Notes under the pieces: model-generated
What the model was told of the DNA's origin: nothing
What the model saw: the letters and a program-made list of their open reading frames with translations, nothing else
Databases searched by the model: none
Assembly: GCA_028284065.1 (NCBI GenBank)
Contig: JANQSJ010000018.1
Location: 10,367 to 74,366, forward strand
DNA: 64,000 nt
Direction of reading: 5' to 3'
Source: Parvularculaceae bacterium
Lineage (GTDB): Bacteria; Pseudomonadota; Alphaproteobacteria; Caulobacterales; Parvularculaceae
In this document: positions 30,473-41,701 of the stretch, in pieces
How the letters are laid out: each line of letters opens with the position of its first letter
Numbering within the stretch: the first letter of the stretch is position 1
Translations under genes and position numbers: made by a program

Positions 30473-31882
30473 TCACGCCTCCCTAAGATAGGGCCGCGGA
30501 TCGACGAGGCGGCCGGCGACGGCCGCCGCCGCCGCGGTTGCGGGGCTCGCCAGCACGGTGCGCACGCCGGCGCCCTGGCGGCCGACAAAGTTCCGGTTTG
30601 AGGTGGAGACCACGAGCTCGCCCGCCTCGCCCTTATCGCCGTTCATGGCGATGCACATGGAGCAGCCAGGCAGGCGCCATTCCGCGCCCGCGGCCTCGAA
30701 TACCTGGTGCAGGCCTTCCGCCTCCGCGTCGCGGCGCACCGCCTCCGAGCCCGGCACGACGAGAGCGATGACGTTGTCGCTCACCTTCCGTCCACGCAGC
30801 ACCTGGGCGGCGGCGCGCAAATCCTCAAGCCGCGAATTGGTGCAACTGCCGATGAAGACGCGGTTCACCTCCACCTCTTGGAAGGCCTGGCCGCGATCGA
30901 TGCGCATATAGGCGAGCGCTGCGTCGTCCGCGCGCCCGCCGTCCGCGGGCGCGGCGCCGTCGACGGGCGCGGCGGCGTCGGGCGAGGTGCCGAAGGTCGC
31001 CATGGGCGCGATGCTCGCCGCGTCGATCGCCACTTCCTCGTCAAACGCCACGCCGTCGTCAGTGGGCAGGCTCATCCAGTCGGCGGCTGCGGCGTCCCAG
31101 TCAGCATCCTTCGGGGCGTAATCGCGCCCTCTGAGGTAGGCGAGGGTCGTTTCGTCGGGCGCGACGAGGCCGACGCGCGCCCCCGCCTCGATCGACATGT
31201 TGCAGAGGGTCATTCGGCCCTCCATCGACAGCGCGCGGACGGCGGGCCCTGCGAACTCGATCGCTTTGCCTTGCCCTGCGTCCGCGCCGATGCGCGCGAT
31301 CGCCGCCAGCGCCATGTCCTTGGCCGATACGCCCGGCGCAAGCGCGCCCTCAAACGTGATGCGCATGGTCTTCGGCTTACGGAGCAACAGGCACTGCGTC
31401 GCCAGCACATGGCCGACCTCCGTGGTGCCGATGCCGAAAGCGAAGGCGCCGAAGGCGCCATGGGTCGAGGTGTGGCTGTCCCCGCAGACGATGGTCTTGC
31501 CGGGCTGGGTGAGGCCAAGCTCCGGCCCGATGACATGGACGATGCCGCGGCGCGGATCATCCAGGCCGAAAAGCGTAATTCCTTGCGCCGCGCAGTTTTT
31601 TACCAGCGTGTCGACCTGCTCCGCCGCTGCCTCGGTCGCATAGGGGAGCGCGCCGTCGGGTCCCGGCGGCAGGGTCGGGGTCGAATGGTCAAGGGTCGCA
31701 AAGGTGCGGTCCGGCCGGCGGACCGTCAATCCCCGGTCTTTCAGAACCTGAAACGCCTGGGGCGACGTCACCTCATGGATAAGATGCATGTCGATATAGA
31801 CGATAGCCGGCGCCTCTTCCGTCTCCGGACGGACGATATGACGCTCCCATAGCTTGTCGAACAGCGTTTTCGGCTCGCTCAC
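30473..31882 (-). CDS. leuC: 3-isopropylmalate dehydratase large subunit
   Basis: 469 aa. It starts [12 protein letters not shown] and contains [13 protein letters not shown] and IGSCTNSR (Fe-S ligands). Confidence 0.95.
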   Translation of the reverse strand: MSEPKTLFDKLWERHIVRPETEEAPAIVYIDMHLIHEVTSPQAFQVLKDRGLTVRRPDRTFATLDHSTPTLPPGPDGALPYATEAAAEQVDTLVKNCAAQGITLFGLDDPRRGIVHVIGPELGLTQPGKTIVCGDSHTSTHGAFGAFAFGIGTTEVGHVLATQCLLLRKPKTMRITFEGALAPGVSAKDMALAAIARIGADAGQGKAIEFAGPAVRALSMEGRMTLCNMSIEAGARVGLVAPDETTLAYLRGRDYAPKDADWDAAAADWMSLPTDDGVAFDEEVAIDAASIAPMATFGTSPDAAAPVDGAAPADGGRADDAALAYMRIDRGQAFQEVEVNRVFIGSCTNSRLEDLRAAAQVLRGRKVSDNVIALVVPGSEAVRRDAEAEGLHQVFEAAGAEWRLPGCSMCIAMNGDKGEAGELVVSTSNRNFVGRQGAGVRTVLASPATAAAAAVAGRLVDPRPYLREA

Positions 31883-33468
31883 GCTACGGACTCCGAATCG
31901 GCGGCCGCGCGCCGCGGGGCGTTCTCGTCAAGCGCCGCTTCGCTGACAGCGGCCTGGTTCACCGCCGCGACGAAGGCTGCGACGGCCGCGTCGGCGACGT
32001 CGGTCTCCCGCGCCTTGCCGGTATACTGACGGCTTGCGACTTCGACGGTCGCTTCGGCGTCGACGCGTGTGTCCTCGCCATCAGCGTCATGGCGCAGGTC
32101 CAGCGAGACGATGCGGCCGGCGACGCCGGCGATGGCGCAGACCGCTGCGAACGCCGCGTCGATGGGGCCGCCGCCTTCGCATTGGACCGTCTCGCGGGTG
32201 CCGTCGTCGTGTTTCATGGTGACGCGGGCGTAGGGGCGCACCTCGTCCTCGATATCGGTGCGCAGCTCGATCCGGCGGGTGCGCCAGGGGCCGGACCGTC
32301 CGTCATCGGAGCCGCGCCCGGTCATCAGCTTGACGACGTCGGCGTCGGTGACTTCCCGGCAGGTGTCGGCGAGGCGTTTAAACTCGGGGAACACCTCTTC
32401 GATCTTCTCCGGGCCTGCGTTGAAGCCAAGCGCGCGGGCGCGCGCGGCGAGGGCGTGCTTGCCGGAATGCTTGCCAAGGACGATCGAATTAGAGGGCATG
32501 CCGACGGATTCGGCGTCCATGATCTCATAGGTGCGCCGGTCGGCGAGAACGCCGTGCTGGTGGATGCCGGCCTCGTGCGCGAACGCGTTCTTGCCGACGA
32601 TCGCCTTGTTGCGCGGGATCGGCTGGTGGGTGACGCGCGAGAGCGCGATGCTGGCGGCGTAAATCTTCGTTGTATCGATCTGCGTCTCGACGCCGAAAAG
32701 GTCCTTCCGGGTTCTGAGCGCCATGACCGCCTCCTCAAGGGAGCAGTTCCCGGCGCGCTCGCCAATCCCGTTGACGGCGCACTCGATCTGCCGCGCGCCG
32801 CCGCGCACAGCCGCGAGGGAATTGGCGACCGCCATGCCGAGATCGTCATGGCAATGGACGGAGAAGACGACATGGGCGGGGCAGGAGCTCGTCAGGAACC
32901 GGAAGAGGTCGGTCATTTCCTCCGGCGTCGAATAGCCGACGGTGTCCGGAATATTGATGGTCGTCGCGCCGGCGTCGATCGCCGTCCGGCACACCTCCAG
33001 CAGATAATCGCGCTCGGTGCGGATGGCGTCCTCGGGCGAAAACTCCACATCGTCGGCGCGGGAGCAGGCGACCGGCACAAGGCGCGCAACGCGCTCCAGA
33101 ATCTCTTCTTTCGAGAGCTTCAGCTTCGCGTCACGGTGCGTGGGGCTCGTGCCGATGAAGGTGTGGATGCGCTTGCGGGCGGCGGGTTCGATCGCCCGCG
33201 CGGCCGCGTCGAGGTCCTTCTCATTCAGGCGCGCAAGCGAGCAGATAGTCGGGCCGGCGATCGACCGGGCGACCGCCTGCACGGCATTGAAGTCGCCTTC
33301 GGACGCCGCGGCGAACCCGGCCTCGACAATGTCCACGTTCAGCGCCTGCAGGGCGCGCGCCACGGCGAGCTTGCCTTCCACGGCCATGGAAAAGCCGGGG
33401 GCCTGTTCTCCATCGCGCAGCGTGGTGTCGAAGATCGCGACATGGTCGCCGACGTTTGTCTCTGTCAT
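31879..33468 (-). CDS. leuA: 2-isopropylmalate synthase
   Basis: 529 aa. It contains [14 protein letters not shown] and [17 protein letters not shown], plus a C-terminal regulatory domain. Its stop overlaps the leuC start as ATGA. Confidence 0.93.
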   Translation of the reverse strand: MTETNVGDHVAIFDTTLRDGEQAPGFSMAVEGKLAVARALQALNVDIVEAGFAAASEGDFNAVQAVARSIAGPTICSLARLNEKDLDAAARAIEPAARKRIHTFIGTSPTHRDAKLKLSKEEILERVARLVPVACSRADDVEFSPEDAIRTERDYLLEVCRTAIDAGATTINIPDTVGYSTPEEMTDLFRFLTSSCPAHVVFSVHCHDDLGMAVANSLAAVRGGARQIECAVNGIGERAGNCSLEEAVMALRTRKDLFGVETQIDTTKIYAASIALSRVTHQPIPRNKAIVGKNAFAHEAGIHQHGVLADRRTYEIMDAESVGMPSNSIVLGKHSGKHALAARARALGFNAGPEKIEEVFPEFKRLADTCREVTDADVVKLMTGRGSDDGRSGPWRTRRIELRTDIEDEVRPYARVTMKHDDGTRETVQCEGGGPIDAAFAAVCAIAGVAGRIVSLDLRHDADGEDTRVDAEATVEVASRQYTGKARETDVADAAVAAFVAAVNQAAVSEAALDENAPRRAAADSESVA

Positions 33469-33594
33469 CCTGGGCGTTCCCGGTCTTTGGCGCCGTTGGT
33501 TCGGCGTGTGCGCGTGTTGAGGATCGATTGGGCCTGATTCCCTTGCTACGCAGTTCGTCGTTAGATGTGTCTTCGGTTGGCGATCGGCGCCAAG

Positions 33595-33620
33595 AAAAAA
33601 GCCGCCTCAATCGAGGCGGC
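33595..33620 (-). terminator. intrinsic terminator of the leu leader (attenuator hairpin)
   Basis: The minus strand reads GCCGCCTC-GATT-GAGGCGGC followed by TTTTTTC. It lies 30 nt after the stop of the Leu-rich leader ORF and about 125 nt upstream of the leuA ATG. Confidence 0.8.
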
Positions 33621-33650
33621 TTCGGCGGTCTTCGTTGTGAAGCGGCGGCT

Positions 33651-33881
33651 TCATCCAGACGAGACCCCCGCCGCCGCCGCAAGGGCGCCGCCGAGGAGCA
33701 TAAGGAGAAGGAGCAGCGTCCGCGACGCCTCTTGCGTCGTCTGAACGCGCCGGGCGACTGCTCGCCCGTTCAGGCGACCGCCAGCGCGCGCGGCGCTTTC
33801 GCTGTTCGGTACCGGTCCGGCTCGGTAAACTGAAAACACGTAACCATCCCCTGCTGTCGCACGGCGGATTAATGCTGGCAT
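33651..33881 (-). promoter_or_regulatory. leu operon leader ORF with a run of 7 Leu codons in 8 positions (33693..33716)
   Basis: The minus-strand codons are CTG CTC CTT CTC CTT ATG CTC CTC (...RTLLLLLMLLGGALAAAAGVSSG*). The stop is at 33651. The first in-frame ATG is at 33881, and a GTG with an AGGGGA SD lies further in. The true start is unknown. Confidence 0.65.
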
Positions 33882-33903
33882 ATCTCGCTCAATTTGCAAG
33901 CAA

Positions 33904-33932
33904 ATTATGTCAGATGCGCCTTCTTAAGGCAA
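33904..33932 (-). promoter_or_regulatory. candidate sigma70-type promoter for the leu leader transcript
   Basis: The minus strand reads TTGCCT, then 17 nt, then CATAAT, inside a locally AT-rich island just upstream of the leader ORF. Confidence 0.4.
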
Positions 33933-34148
33933 AACGAGCAATTTTTAACCAACATGACGCCGCCAGACACGGGGCCATACGCAGGAATGACGACGCCCCG
34001 TCCGGAGTGTCGCCTTGCGGGCCCGGCTTCGTTCAGAATCGTTTAGGTGCTTTTGGCCTCTGTTCTCTCGCTTTTCCGGACGGCAGGCCGTACAGCGCCG
34101 GGCTCTCCGGCGCCGCTCAACCGATATGGAAATGCGTTAGGTGATCCC

Positions 34149-37100
34149 ATGTTGACGCTCCTGTCTGAAACGTCTGCGGCGCCGGCGATGCGGCGCGCGC
34201 TGCGCGCCATGATAGCGGCCGTCGGCTTTGTTGCGCTTTCCGGGGCGGCGGTTCCGGTCGCCGCCCAGTCGACGACGTCGGACCCTGCGCCGGTCGGCGC
34301 GCCGCCTTCCGACGCGCCGACGCCCGAAGGCGCCGCGGACGACCTGGACGTCCTTTACCTGTCGGACGCAGAAGTCGAGGCGATTCGCCGAGGGCTTGCG
34401 ACGACGACAAAAGCGCTCGCCGCGATGCGCGAGCGTTTTGAATCCGACGCGACCGCTCCGCTCGACGCCCTGGCGCTTGAAGTCTCCGCGATCCGCCCGG
34501 ACCTTGAGGCCGCGCGAGACCGGCTCTCCGGCGCCGATTCGGCCCTGCGCGCGGCATTGGCAAGGTCCGACTCAGCAAGCGCGGCGCAGCGGGCGGCTGC
34601 GGGCGGGGAGGGCGCGGAGGCGCAGCCCGCCGACGAGGCCGCGCTCATGGGCCCGCCGTCACCCACCGCGGCGGCGCCGCTTTCGGATGCGGAACGAGAC
34701 CAGGTTCTCGCCCGTCTCGCCGCGATCGAACCGGCCGCTGCGGCCTCCCGGGATGCGGTCAGCGAACTGGAGCGGCTCGCCGCCGACATCGCCGAGCGGC
34801 GGCGCCTCAATGAGGCGCGCAGCGGCGTCGATGCGCGCCGGGCGGAACTGGAGGGGGTGCGGCTCGCGCTCAGCGAAGATGCAGAGGACCCGGACGCAGA
34901 GGAGCCAGACTATGTGGCGCTGCGCGAGACATTGCGGGAATTGCGCGCGCGCGGGCAGGAGGCGATCCGGCCCCTGAAAGAGCGCCGCGATGAGTTCCGC
35001 GCCGACCTTGACCGGCTCGGCCCCGCTCCGGAGGACGACCAGCCCGCGGAAGCGGATGAAATCGCCGCCGAGCGGGCCGCGCTGACCGCGGCGCTCGTAA
35101 AAGAAGACGCCATCGTCAGGCAGTCCGATCTCAATCTCGCCGAAATTGACCGGCTTCTGGAAGACATCGACGAACGCCGCCGCGAGGAATTTTACAGCCA
35201 GATCCTCCGGCGCAGCGCTTCGCCGCTGCAATTGGCGACGCTCGCCCGCGCCGCGGAGACTTTCCTCGCCGGCGTTGACCGCCTCAGCGCCAATGTAGGC
35301 GGCTGGCGCGAGCGTAAGGACGCGGAGGGCGGACTTTGGCGCGCCTATGCCGTTATCGCGCTGAGCCTTGTCGTGAGCCTGCTTCTCTTCGGGCCGATAA
35401 GGCGCTGGGCCAATCGCAGCATCATCCATCGCCTTCAGGCGAGCGAGCCGACGCAAGGCGCGCGCGCCGGCGTCGCGATCGTGCGCATCCTCGCGCGCGC
35501 CGTCCCCGGCGTGATCGCCGGCGGGCTCGTTTATGAAGCGCTTCTCGTTCAGGGGCTCATCCCCGATTACGCGACGCCGTTCGCGCGCAGCATCTGGTTC
35601 GGCTTTCTTGCGCTCCTTTCCGCCGACGCAGGCGTCGTCGCCGTCTTCGCGCCCCAGACGCCCGGCTGGCGGCTGGTGCCGCTGGCGACGCGGGGCGTGC
35701 GGATTGTGCGCGCGGCGCTCCTGACGACGGTCTTCCTCTACTTCGCCGACCGCTCCCTCACCGAAGGCGCGAAGATCTATGGCGGCGATCAGGAACTGGC
35801 GCTTGTGCAGAGCGCGGTCGTCGCCATCGCCATGGCGATCGTGTTCCTTGTCCTCGCGCAGAAGTCCGTATGGAGACTGGCCGAGGGGCGCGGCGAGGCC
35901 TTCGGGGAGGACGTGCGGACCCTGTGGAATGCGCTCAGGCGTCTCTTGCGCGTCATTGCGGTCGCAATCATCGCCGCAGCGGCGGTCGGCTACGTTGCGC
36001 TTGCGCATTATCTCGCGACGCGCGTGTTCATGCTCGACGGCATTATCGCCGCCGGCCTCTTCATCCGCATCATGAGCCACCAGGCGCTTCGCTCAGCCGA
36101 TGCGGCCCTGAACGCGCGCCCCGTCGCCAGCGAGGACGGACCGGCTCAGGAGCGCCTCGTCCTCTTCTGGGTCGGCGCAATTCTCGACCTCGTCATCATT
36201 CTGGCGCTGACGCCGTTCATCTTTCTCGCCCTCGGCGCGGAATGGGAGGACGTCAGGAACTGGATCGGCGACGCTTTCTTCGGCTTTCAGATCGGCGGCG
36301 TGACGATCTCCTTCGCCCAGATATTCGTGGCGATCGGCATCTTTGTATTTATACTGACGTTCACCAAGTTCGTTCAGCGGATCGGCGAAAAGCGCTTCTT
36401 CCCGCACACCCGGCTCGACGTCGGCGTGCAGAACTCGCTGAAGACGCTGATCGGCTATGTCGGGCTCGTCATCGCCTTCATGGTCGGCGCAAGCGTCCTC
36501 GGTTTCAATCTCTCCAATCTTGCGATTATCGCGGGCGCCTTGTCGGTCGGCATCGGCTTTGGCCTGCAGAGCATCGTCAATAACTTCGTCTCCGGCCTCA
36601 TTCTCCTCTTTGAACGGCCGATAAAAGTCGGCGACTGGATCGTGACGCCATCGGGCGAAGGCATCGTCAAGCGGATCAGCGTGCGCGCGACGGAGATCGA
36701 GACGTTCGACCGGGCGTCGGTCATCGTGCCGAACTCGGAGCTTATCTCCTCGGCGGTGACGAACTGGACCCACAAGAACAAGACCGGACGCGTGATCATT
36801 CCGGTCGGCGTTTCGTATGAGTCCGATCCGGAGGAAATCATCCGCCTGCTGGAAGAGGTGGCGCGCGACACGCATTTGATGCTCGCTTATCCGCCGCCCT
36901 ATGTCTATTTCGTCGGCTTCGGCGATTCCTCGCTCGATTTTGAGTTGCGCGGGCTTATCCGCGACGTGAACTCCAGCCTGTCGACGAAGACGGCGCTGAG
37001 GGTCGCGGTGTTCAAGAAGCTGCAGGAGGCGGGCGTCGAGATTCCGTTCCCGCAGCGCGACCTTCACCTGCGCAGCGGCGCGCCGCCGCAGGCCGCTCTT

Positions 37101-37181
37101 CGCGAACCGGAGGGAAACGCCACCGCGTCGCCGTCAGCGCCGTCCGTGAGCGGCGCGACAATCCCCGAAGGCATGGACTGA
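34149..37181 (+). CDS. large mechanosensitive channel of the MscS family (MscK/KefA-like, long coiled-coil periplasmic N-domain)
   Basis: Track ORF 34047..37181. The ATG at 34149 gives MLTLLSETSAAPAMRRALRAMIAAVGFVALSGAAVPVAAQ (a signal peptide). The product has Ala/Glu/Arg-rich coiled-coil regions, about 11 TM helices and the MscS core GALSVGIGFGLQSIVNNFVSGLILLFERPIKVGDWI. Confidence 0.85.
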   Translation: MLTLLSETSAAPAMRRALRAMIAAVGFVALSGAAVPVAAQSTTSDPAPVGAPPSDAPTPEGAADDLDVLYLSDAEVEAIRRGLATTTKALAAMRERFESDATAPLDALALEVSAIRPDLEAARDRLSGADSALRAALARSDSASAAQRAAAGGEGAEAQPADEAALMGPPSPTAAAPLSDAERDQVLARLAAIEPAAAASRDAVSELERLAADIAERRRLNEARSGVDARRAELEGVRLALSEDAEDPDAEEPDYVALRETLRELRARGQEAIRPLKERRDEFRADLDRLGPAPEDDQPAEADEIAAERAALTAALVKEDAIVRQSDLNLAEIDRLLEDIDERRREEFYSQILRRSASPLQLATLARAAETFLAGVDRLSANVGGWRERKDAEGGLWRAYAVIALSLVVSLLLFGPIRRWANRSIIHRLQASEPTQGARAGVAIVRILARAVPGVIAGGLVYEALLVQGLIPDYATPFARSIWFGFLALLSADAGVVAVFAPQTPGWRLVPLATRGVRIVRAALLTTVFLYFADRSLTEGAKIYGGDQELALVQSAVVAIAMAIVFLVLAQKSVWRLAEGRGEAFGEDVRTLWNALRRLLRVIAVAIIAAAAVGYVALAHYLATRVFMLDGIIAAGLFIRIMSHQALRSADAALNARPVASEDGPAQERLVLFWVGAILDLVIILALTPFIFLALGAEWEDVRNWIGDAFFGFQIGGVTISFAQIFVAIGIFVFILTFTKFVQRIGEKRFFPHTRLDVGVQNSLKTLIGYVGLVIAFMVGASVLGFNLSNLAIIAGALSVGIGFGLQSIVNNFVSGLILLFERPIKVGDWIVTPSGEGIVKRISVRATEIETFDRASVIVPNSELISSAVTNWTHKNKTGRVIIPVGVSYESDPEEIIRLLEEVARDTHLMLAYPPPYVYFVGFGDSSLDFELRGLIRDVNSSLSTKTALRVAVFKKLQEAGVEIPFPQRDLHLRSGAPPQAALREPEGNATASPSAPSVSGATIPEGMD

Positions 37182-37189
37182 CCGGAGCG

Positions 37190-38716
37190 TTAGAAGCTGT
37201 ACTTCGTCGAGAACTGCACCCGGTTCATATTGCCTTCCTGGCCGTCTTCGAGAGCTCTATTGGCGTAGATGTATTCGACGCCGACTTCGAACTTCTCCAC
37301 CGGCGAATAAATAAGGTTTGCGTGTACGGAGTAAACTTCATCGGTGACGCCGTCGCCAGTGAGCGAAACCGGGTTGTCCGCCCTGAAATATCCGCCTGTG
37401 AGGTTCGAGCGCAGGTTCTTCGTCCAGAAATGCCGGTAGGAGGCGAAGCCGGAATAGGTCGCTATCGTCTGCAATTCGCCATTGGCCCGGATCGCAGCGT
37501 CGTTCACGATATTGACGCCGATATAGCGGCCGATGCCCTCGCCATAAGTCGCCATGAACCGGAAATCGTCCCGCTCGCCGACTTTCAGCTTGCCGGACGC
37601 GCTGATTCCATAGCCAATCGCCGTGTCTTCGATGGCGCCGGCCGTCATGTCTTCTTCCGAGTGCAGGGCGCGGAAAATGCCCGCAAGCGCGAAATGCCCC
37701 CAGTCGCCTCTCTTGTTGTAGCGCAGGACGACGTCCGGCGCGACGTCGTCGCCCGGCAGGAGGCGCTCCCCCGCCGGGCCCGTCACTTCGGTTTCGGGCT
37801 GTTCAAGCGCGATTTGGAACGGACCCTTCGTATAGCGGATCATTGGCTGACGGATGAACACTGTGCCTTCCGTCGGGCCGATGAAGTCGAGATTGTCGGG
37901 CAATGCGCCGACATCCTGGAAAGTGGTCCAGGCCTGGCCAAGGAGCCAGTTGTCAATCGTGATGTATGCCTGGCGCATGCGCGGCGTGAAGCTGTTCGAG
38001 ACCCGTTCATTGCCGTCGCTCGTCACCTGGAAGTCGAGTTCGATAAGCCCGCCGATGTCATGGCCGCCGCGCTCCGTGTCCACCGCAAACAGGAAGCGCG
38101 TCTCGCGCGGGTTGAAGTCGAAGTCCGCGCCATTGCCTTCGCCGCCGACGGGCACGAGCGCGGGGATATAGAAGTCGCGGCCGATATTACTGGTGGGCAG
38201 GTCGCCGTCCGAGAACCGCGTCACCGTCGCATCGAGTTTGACGTAGCCCTTGAAGGTAAAGTCCGCGCCGCCGGCGGAGAAACCGAGGCCCTTGCGCTTC
38301 GGCCGCTCCTTGGCGGGGATCGCGTCGCGATCCGCCTGTGACTGCGCCGAGACGCCGCCGGGCGTGTCGAGCTCTGCGAGGATCGGCCGCGGGGCGCCCG
38401 TCGCGCCCGGGATATAGGCGGCGTTCTGAGCGTTAGGGGCGTTCGCGCCGGACGCCGTCGCATCGGATACGGCGTAGGCGGCGTCTTTCAACGTCGCCGT
38501 CTCAGCGGCGGTGAGGGTCGCGTCCTGCGCCTCAAGCCTGTCGAGGATTCTGTCGAGTTTCGCCTCCAGCGCGTCGACGCGCGCCTCAAGGCCGGCGTCA
38601 GCGGCGACGGCGATTGTCGGGAAGATGGCGACAAGCGCGGACGAAGCGAGCAGCGCCGCGATCGGCTTGCCTGGTCGCCTCGCTAAAGGGCGGGGCGTCA
38701 AATCGATGCTGGACAT
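37190..38716 (-). CDS. outer-membrane porin, DcaP-like (N-terminal coiled coil plus beta-barrel)
   Basis: Track ORF 37190..38929. The ATG at 38716 has a GGAGGAG SD. The signal peptide reads ...[20 protein letters not shown], and a heptad coiled coil follows ([22 protein letters not shown]). The C-terminus alternates in beta-strand fashion and ends ...QFSTKYSF. Confidence 0.7.
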   Translation of the reverse strand: MSSIDLTPRPLARRPGKPIAALLASSALVAIFPTIAVAADAGLEARVDALEAKLDRILDRLEAQDATLTAAETATLKDAAYAVSDATASGANAPNAQNAAYIPGATGAPRPILAELDTPGGVSAQSQADRDAIPAKERPKRKGLGFSAGGADFTFKGYVKLDATVTRFSDGDLPTSNIGRDFYIPALVPVGGEGNGADFDFNPRETRFLFAVDTERGGHDIGGLIELDFQVTSDGNERVSNSFTPRMRQAYITIDNWLLGQAWTTFQDVGALPDNLDFIGPTEGTVFIRQPMIRYTKGPFQIALEQPETEVTGPAGERLLPGDDVAPDVVLRYNKRGDWGHFALAGIFRALHSEEDMTAGAIEDTAIGYGISASGKLKVGERDDFRFMATYGEGIGRYIGVNIVNDAAIRANGELQTIATYSGFASYRHFWTKNLRSNLTGGYFRADNPVSLTGDGVTDEVYSVHANLIYSPVEKFEVGVEYIYANRALEDGQEGNMNRVQFSTKYSF

Positions 38717-38992
38717 GGGGGCGCTCCTCCCGAGAGCTTGTCGTTGAAGTCGCCCCGAGGGTCCGTCTCCGCGCCCCGATTTTCCATTGGCGAATGGTCT
38801 ATGAGACCAAGGTCGAATGGACGCGCGCGCGGCGATCTCCGACATTCGCGATGCGTATCGTTGCGTCGCCTGCGCGCCGCACCCGCCCCATGGGAGCCGA
38901 TAGGTCAGCGCCCGCGAGGCCCGGCTCAAGAGAGGGCTACACGCATCAGGATTGACCCCGCTCCCGACGGAGCACAGCGAAGGAGACGACAG

Positions 38993-40969
38993 ATGCCAGA
39001 CGCATCAGGAACCCCCGCCGCCGGCGAGCAGATCTTTCCGGTATCTGACGAAGTCGCCGCCGCCGCGCGTTATGACGCAGCCGCCTATGAAGAGGCCTAC
39101 CGCCGCTCCGTCGAGGACCCCGAAGGCTTCTGGGGCGAGGTCGGCAAGCGACTCGACTGGATGACGCCGTACACGAAGGTGAAAGACGTATCCTTCGCCA
39201 AGGAGGACTTGCGCATCAGATGGTTCGAGGACGGCGTTTTGAACGCCAGCGTCAACTGCGTTGACCGGCATCTGGCGGCGCGCGGCGACGAAGTGGCGAT
39301 CCTCTGGGAGGGCGACGACCCGAGCGAAGACCGGGCGATCACCTATCGCCAACTCCACGAAGAAGTCTGCCGCATGGCGAACGTCCTGAAGGCGCGGGGC
39401 GTAGAGAAAGGCGACCGCGTCGTTCTTTACATGCCGATGATCCCCGAGGCCGCCTACGCCATGCTCGCCTGCGCGCGCATCGGCGCGGTGCATTCGATCG
39501 TGTTTGGCGGTTTCTCGCCCGAGGCGCTGGCGAGCCGCATCGAGGATTGCGGCGCGGTGGCCGTCATAACCGCCGACGAAGGAGTCCGCGGGGGCAGGTC
39601 GACGCCGCTGAAGGACAATGTGGACAAGGCGCTGCTTGAGCCGGACCACGACACCGCCTGCGTACGGACGATCCTGACCGTCAAGCGCACTGGCGGGGCC
39701 GTCGAGTGGGTGACGAGCCGCGACGTCTGGTGGCATGAGGCGCGAGAGGACGTCGTATCGGACTGTCCGCCGGAGCCGATGAACGCCGAAGACCCGCTCT
39801 TCATTCTCTATACGTCCGGCTCGACCGGCAAGCCGAAAGGCGTCCTGCATACCACGGGCGGCTATCTCGTCTACGCCGCCTTCACCCACGAGGCGGTGTT
39901 CGACTACCGACCCGGCGAAATCTATTGGTGTACGGCGGATGTCGGATGGGTCACCGGCCACAGCTATATAGTGTACGGCCCCCTCGCCAATGGCGCGACG
40001 ACGCTGATGTTCGAGGGGGTGCCCACCTATCCGGACGCCTCGCGTTTCTGGCGGGTGTGCGACAAGCACCGGGTGAACATTTTCTACACCGCGCCGACGG
40101 CCATCCGCGCGCTGATGCGCGAGGGCGAGGAGCTTGTGGAACAGGCCGATCTTTCGTCTTTGCGGCTGCTCGGCTCCGTCGGCGAACCAATTAACCCGGA
40201 AGCGTGGACCTGGTACCACCGGGTCGTCGGCAAGGGACGGTGCCCGATCGTCGACACATGGTGGCAGACCGAAACCGGCGGCGTCCTGATTTCGCCGCTG
40301 CCGGGGGCGACGGCGCTAAAGCCCGGCTCCGCCACGAAGCCGCTCTTCGGCGTCAAGCCGGCGCTCGTCGACGCCGACGGCAACGCGTTGGAGGGCGCAA
40401 CGGACGGCAATCTCGTCCTCACCGACTCCTGGCCGGGACAGATGCGCACCGTCTATGGCGACCATCAGCGCTTCATCGACACCTATTTCTCCACTTATCC
40501 GGGAACGTACTTTACCGGCGACGGCGCGCGGCGCGACGCCGACGGCTATTACTGGATCACCGGCCGCGTCGATGACGTTCTCAATGTCTCCGGCCACCGC
40601 ATGGGCACGGCGGAAATCGAAAGCGCCCTTGTCGCGCACCCAGCGGTCGCGGAAGCGGCTGTGGTCGGCTATCCGCACGAGCTCAAGGGCCAGGGCATTT
40701 ACTGCTATGTGTTGCTCATGGACGGCGTTGAGGCGAGCGACGAATTGTCGACGGAGCTGACCAAATGGGTGCGCAAGGAGATCGGCCCGATCGCCAAGCC
40801 GGACCACATCCACCTGGCGCCCGGCCTGCCGAAGACGCGGTCCGGCAAGATCATGCGCCGAATCCTCCGCAAGATTGCGGAGAACGAGTTCTCGAACCTT
40901 GGCGACACCTCGACGCTCGCCGAGCCTGGCGTCGTTGACCTGTTGATCGAAGGGCGCCTTAATCGATAA
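38993..40969 (+). CDS. acs: acetyl-CoA synthetase (AMP-forming)
   Basis: Track ORF 38738..40969. The ATG at 38993 is preceded by AGGAG. The product contains [38 protein letters not shown] and SGKIMRR. Confidence 0.95.
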   Translation: MPDASGTPAAGEQIFPVSDEVAAAARYDAAAYEEAYRRSVEDPEGFWGEVGKRLDWMTPYTKVKDVSFAKEDLRIRWFEDGVLNASVNCVDRHLAARGDEVAILWEGDDPSEDRAITYRQLHEEVCRMANVLKARGVEKGDRVVLYMPMIPEAAYAMLACARIGAVHSIVFGGFSPEALASRIEDCGAVAVITADEGVRGGRSTPLKDNVDKALLEPDHDTACVRTILTVKRTGGAVEWVTSRDVWWHEAREDVVSDCPPEPMNAEDPLFILYTSGSTGKPKGVLHTTGGYLVYAAFTHEAVFDYRPGEIYWCTADVGWVTGHSYIVYGPLANGATTLMFEGVPTYPDASRFWRVCDKHRVNIFYTAPTAIRALMREGEELVEQADLSSLRLLGSVGEPINPEAWTWYHRVVGKGRCPIVDTWWQTETGGVLISPLPGATALKPGSATKPLFGVKPALVDADGNALEGATDGNLVLTDSWPGQMRTVYGDHQRFIDTYFSTYPGTYFTGDGARRDADGYYWITGRVDDVLNVSGHRMGTAEIESALVAHPAVAEAAVVGYPHELKGQGIYCYVLLMDGVEASDELSTELTKWVRKEIGPIAKPDHIHLAPGLPKTRSGKIMRRILRKIAENEFSNLGDTSTLAEPGVVDLLIEGRLNR

Positions 40970-41002
40970 GCTCCGTATGGACCTCAATCCCGCGAGTGAA
41001 GA

Positions 41003-41656
41003 TTGACCGGCAAACCCATTCTGTTGGCGGATGACCACCCCCTGTTCCGCGCGGCCCTGCGCCAGGCGGTGCAGGGGGCCGCGCCCGAGCGGCAGGTGAT
41101 CGAGACCTCAAGTCTTGGCGAAGCGCGCGCGGCGATTGAGGCGAGGGGGCCGGGCCTTCTCTGCCTCGATTTGCACATGAGCGACAGCGACGGCTTTGCG
41201 GGACTGATCGCGCTGCGCCAGGAGTGGCCGGCGCTGCCGGTGGCGATCGTCTCGGGCAGCGAGGAGCCGGGCGTCGCGCGGCGGGCGATCGCGTTCGGCG
41301 CGTCGGCCTTCGTGCCCAAGTCTCTCGACGTTGACGACATCCGCGCGGCGATCGCCGCCGTGCTCGACGGCGAGACCTGGACGCCGGCGAACTTCGAGGA
41401 AGCGGGCGATGCGGAAGAAGCCGCGCTCGCCGAACGGCTGGCGAGCCTGACGCCCGCGCAATTGAAGGTGCTCCTGCACGTGCGGGCGGGGCTCCTCAAC
41501 AAGCAGATCGCCTACGAAATGTCGATCAGCGAGGCGACGGTGAAGGCGCACATGACCGCCATCCTGCGCAAGCTCGAAGTGCAGACGCGCACCCAGGCGG
41601 TGCTCGCCGCCGGCGCGCTCATCGCCGAGCCCGACGCGCCGAAGGACGACGCATAA
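41003..41656 (+). CDS. LuxR/NarL-family response regulator (CrbR/ErdR-like)
   Basis: 217 aa with a TTG start. The receiver domain reads ILLADDHPLFR ... LLCLDLHMSDSDG ... VPKS. The C-terminal helix-turn-helix region reads LTPAQLKVLLHVRAGLLNKQIAYEMSISEATVKAHMTAILRKL. The gene lies 33 nt after acs. Confidence 0.85.
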   Translation: MTGKPILLADDHPLFRAALRQAVQGAAPERQVIETSSLGEARAAIEARGPGLLCLDLHMSDSDGFAGLIALRQEWPALPVAIVSGSEEPGVARRAIAFGASAFVPKSLDVDDIRAAIAAVLDGETWTPANFEEAGDAEEAALAERLASLTPAQLKVLLHVRAGLLNKQIAYEMSISEATVKAHMTAILRKLEVQTRTQAVLAAGALIAEPDAPKDDA

Positions 41657-41701
41657 GCTAAAACAACTGAAGCGCCTTGGTTGGTCTGTGAGCTTAGTTC
41701 G

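Noticed and set aside
34659-37067. Two long minus-strand ORFs (34659..36080 and 36093..37067) inside the mechanosensitive channel gene
   Set aside because: They are antisense to a gene that carries the unmistakable MscS core motif. Their products are Arg/Asp/His-rich with no domains.
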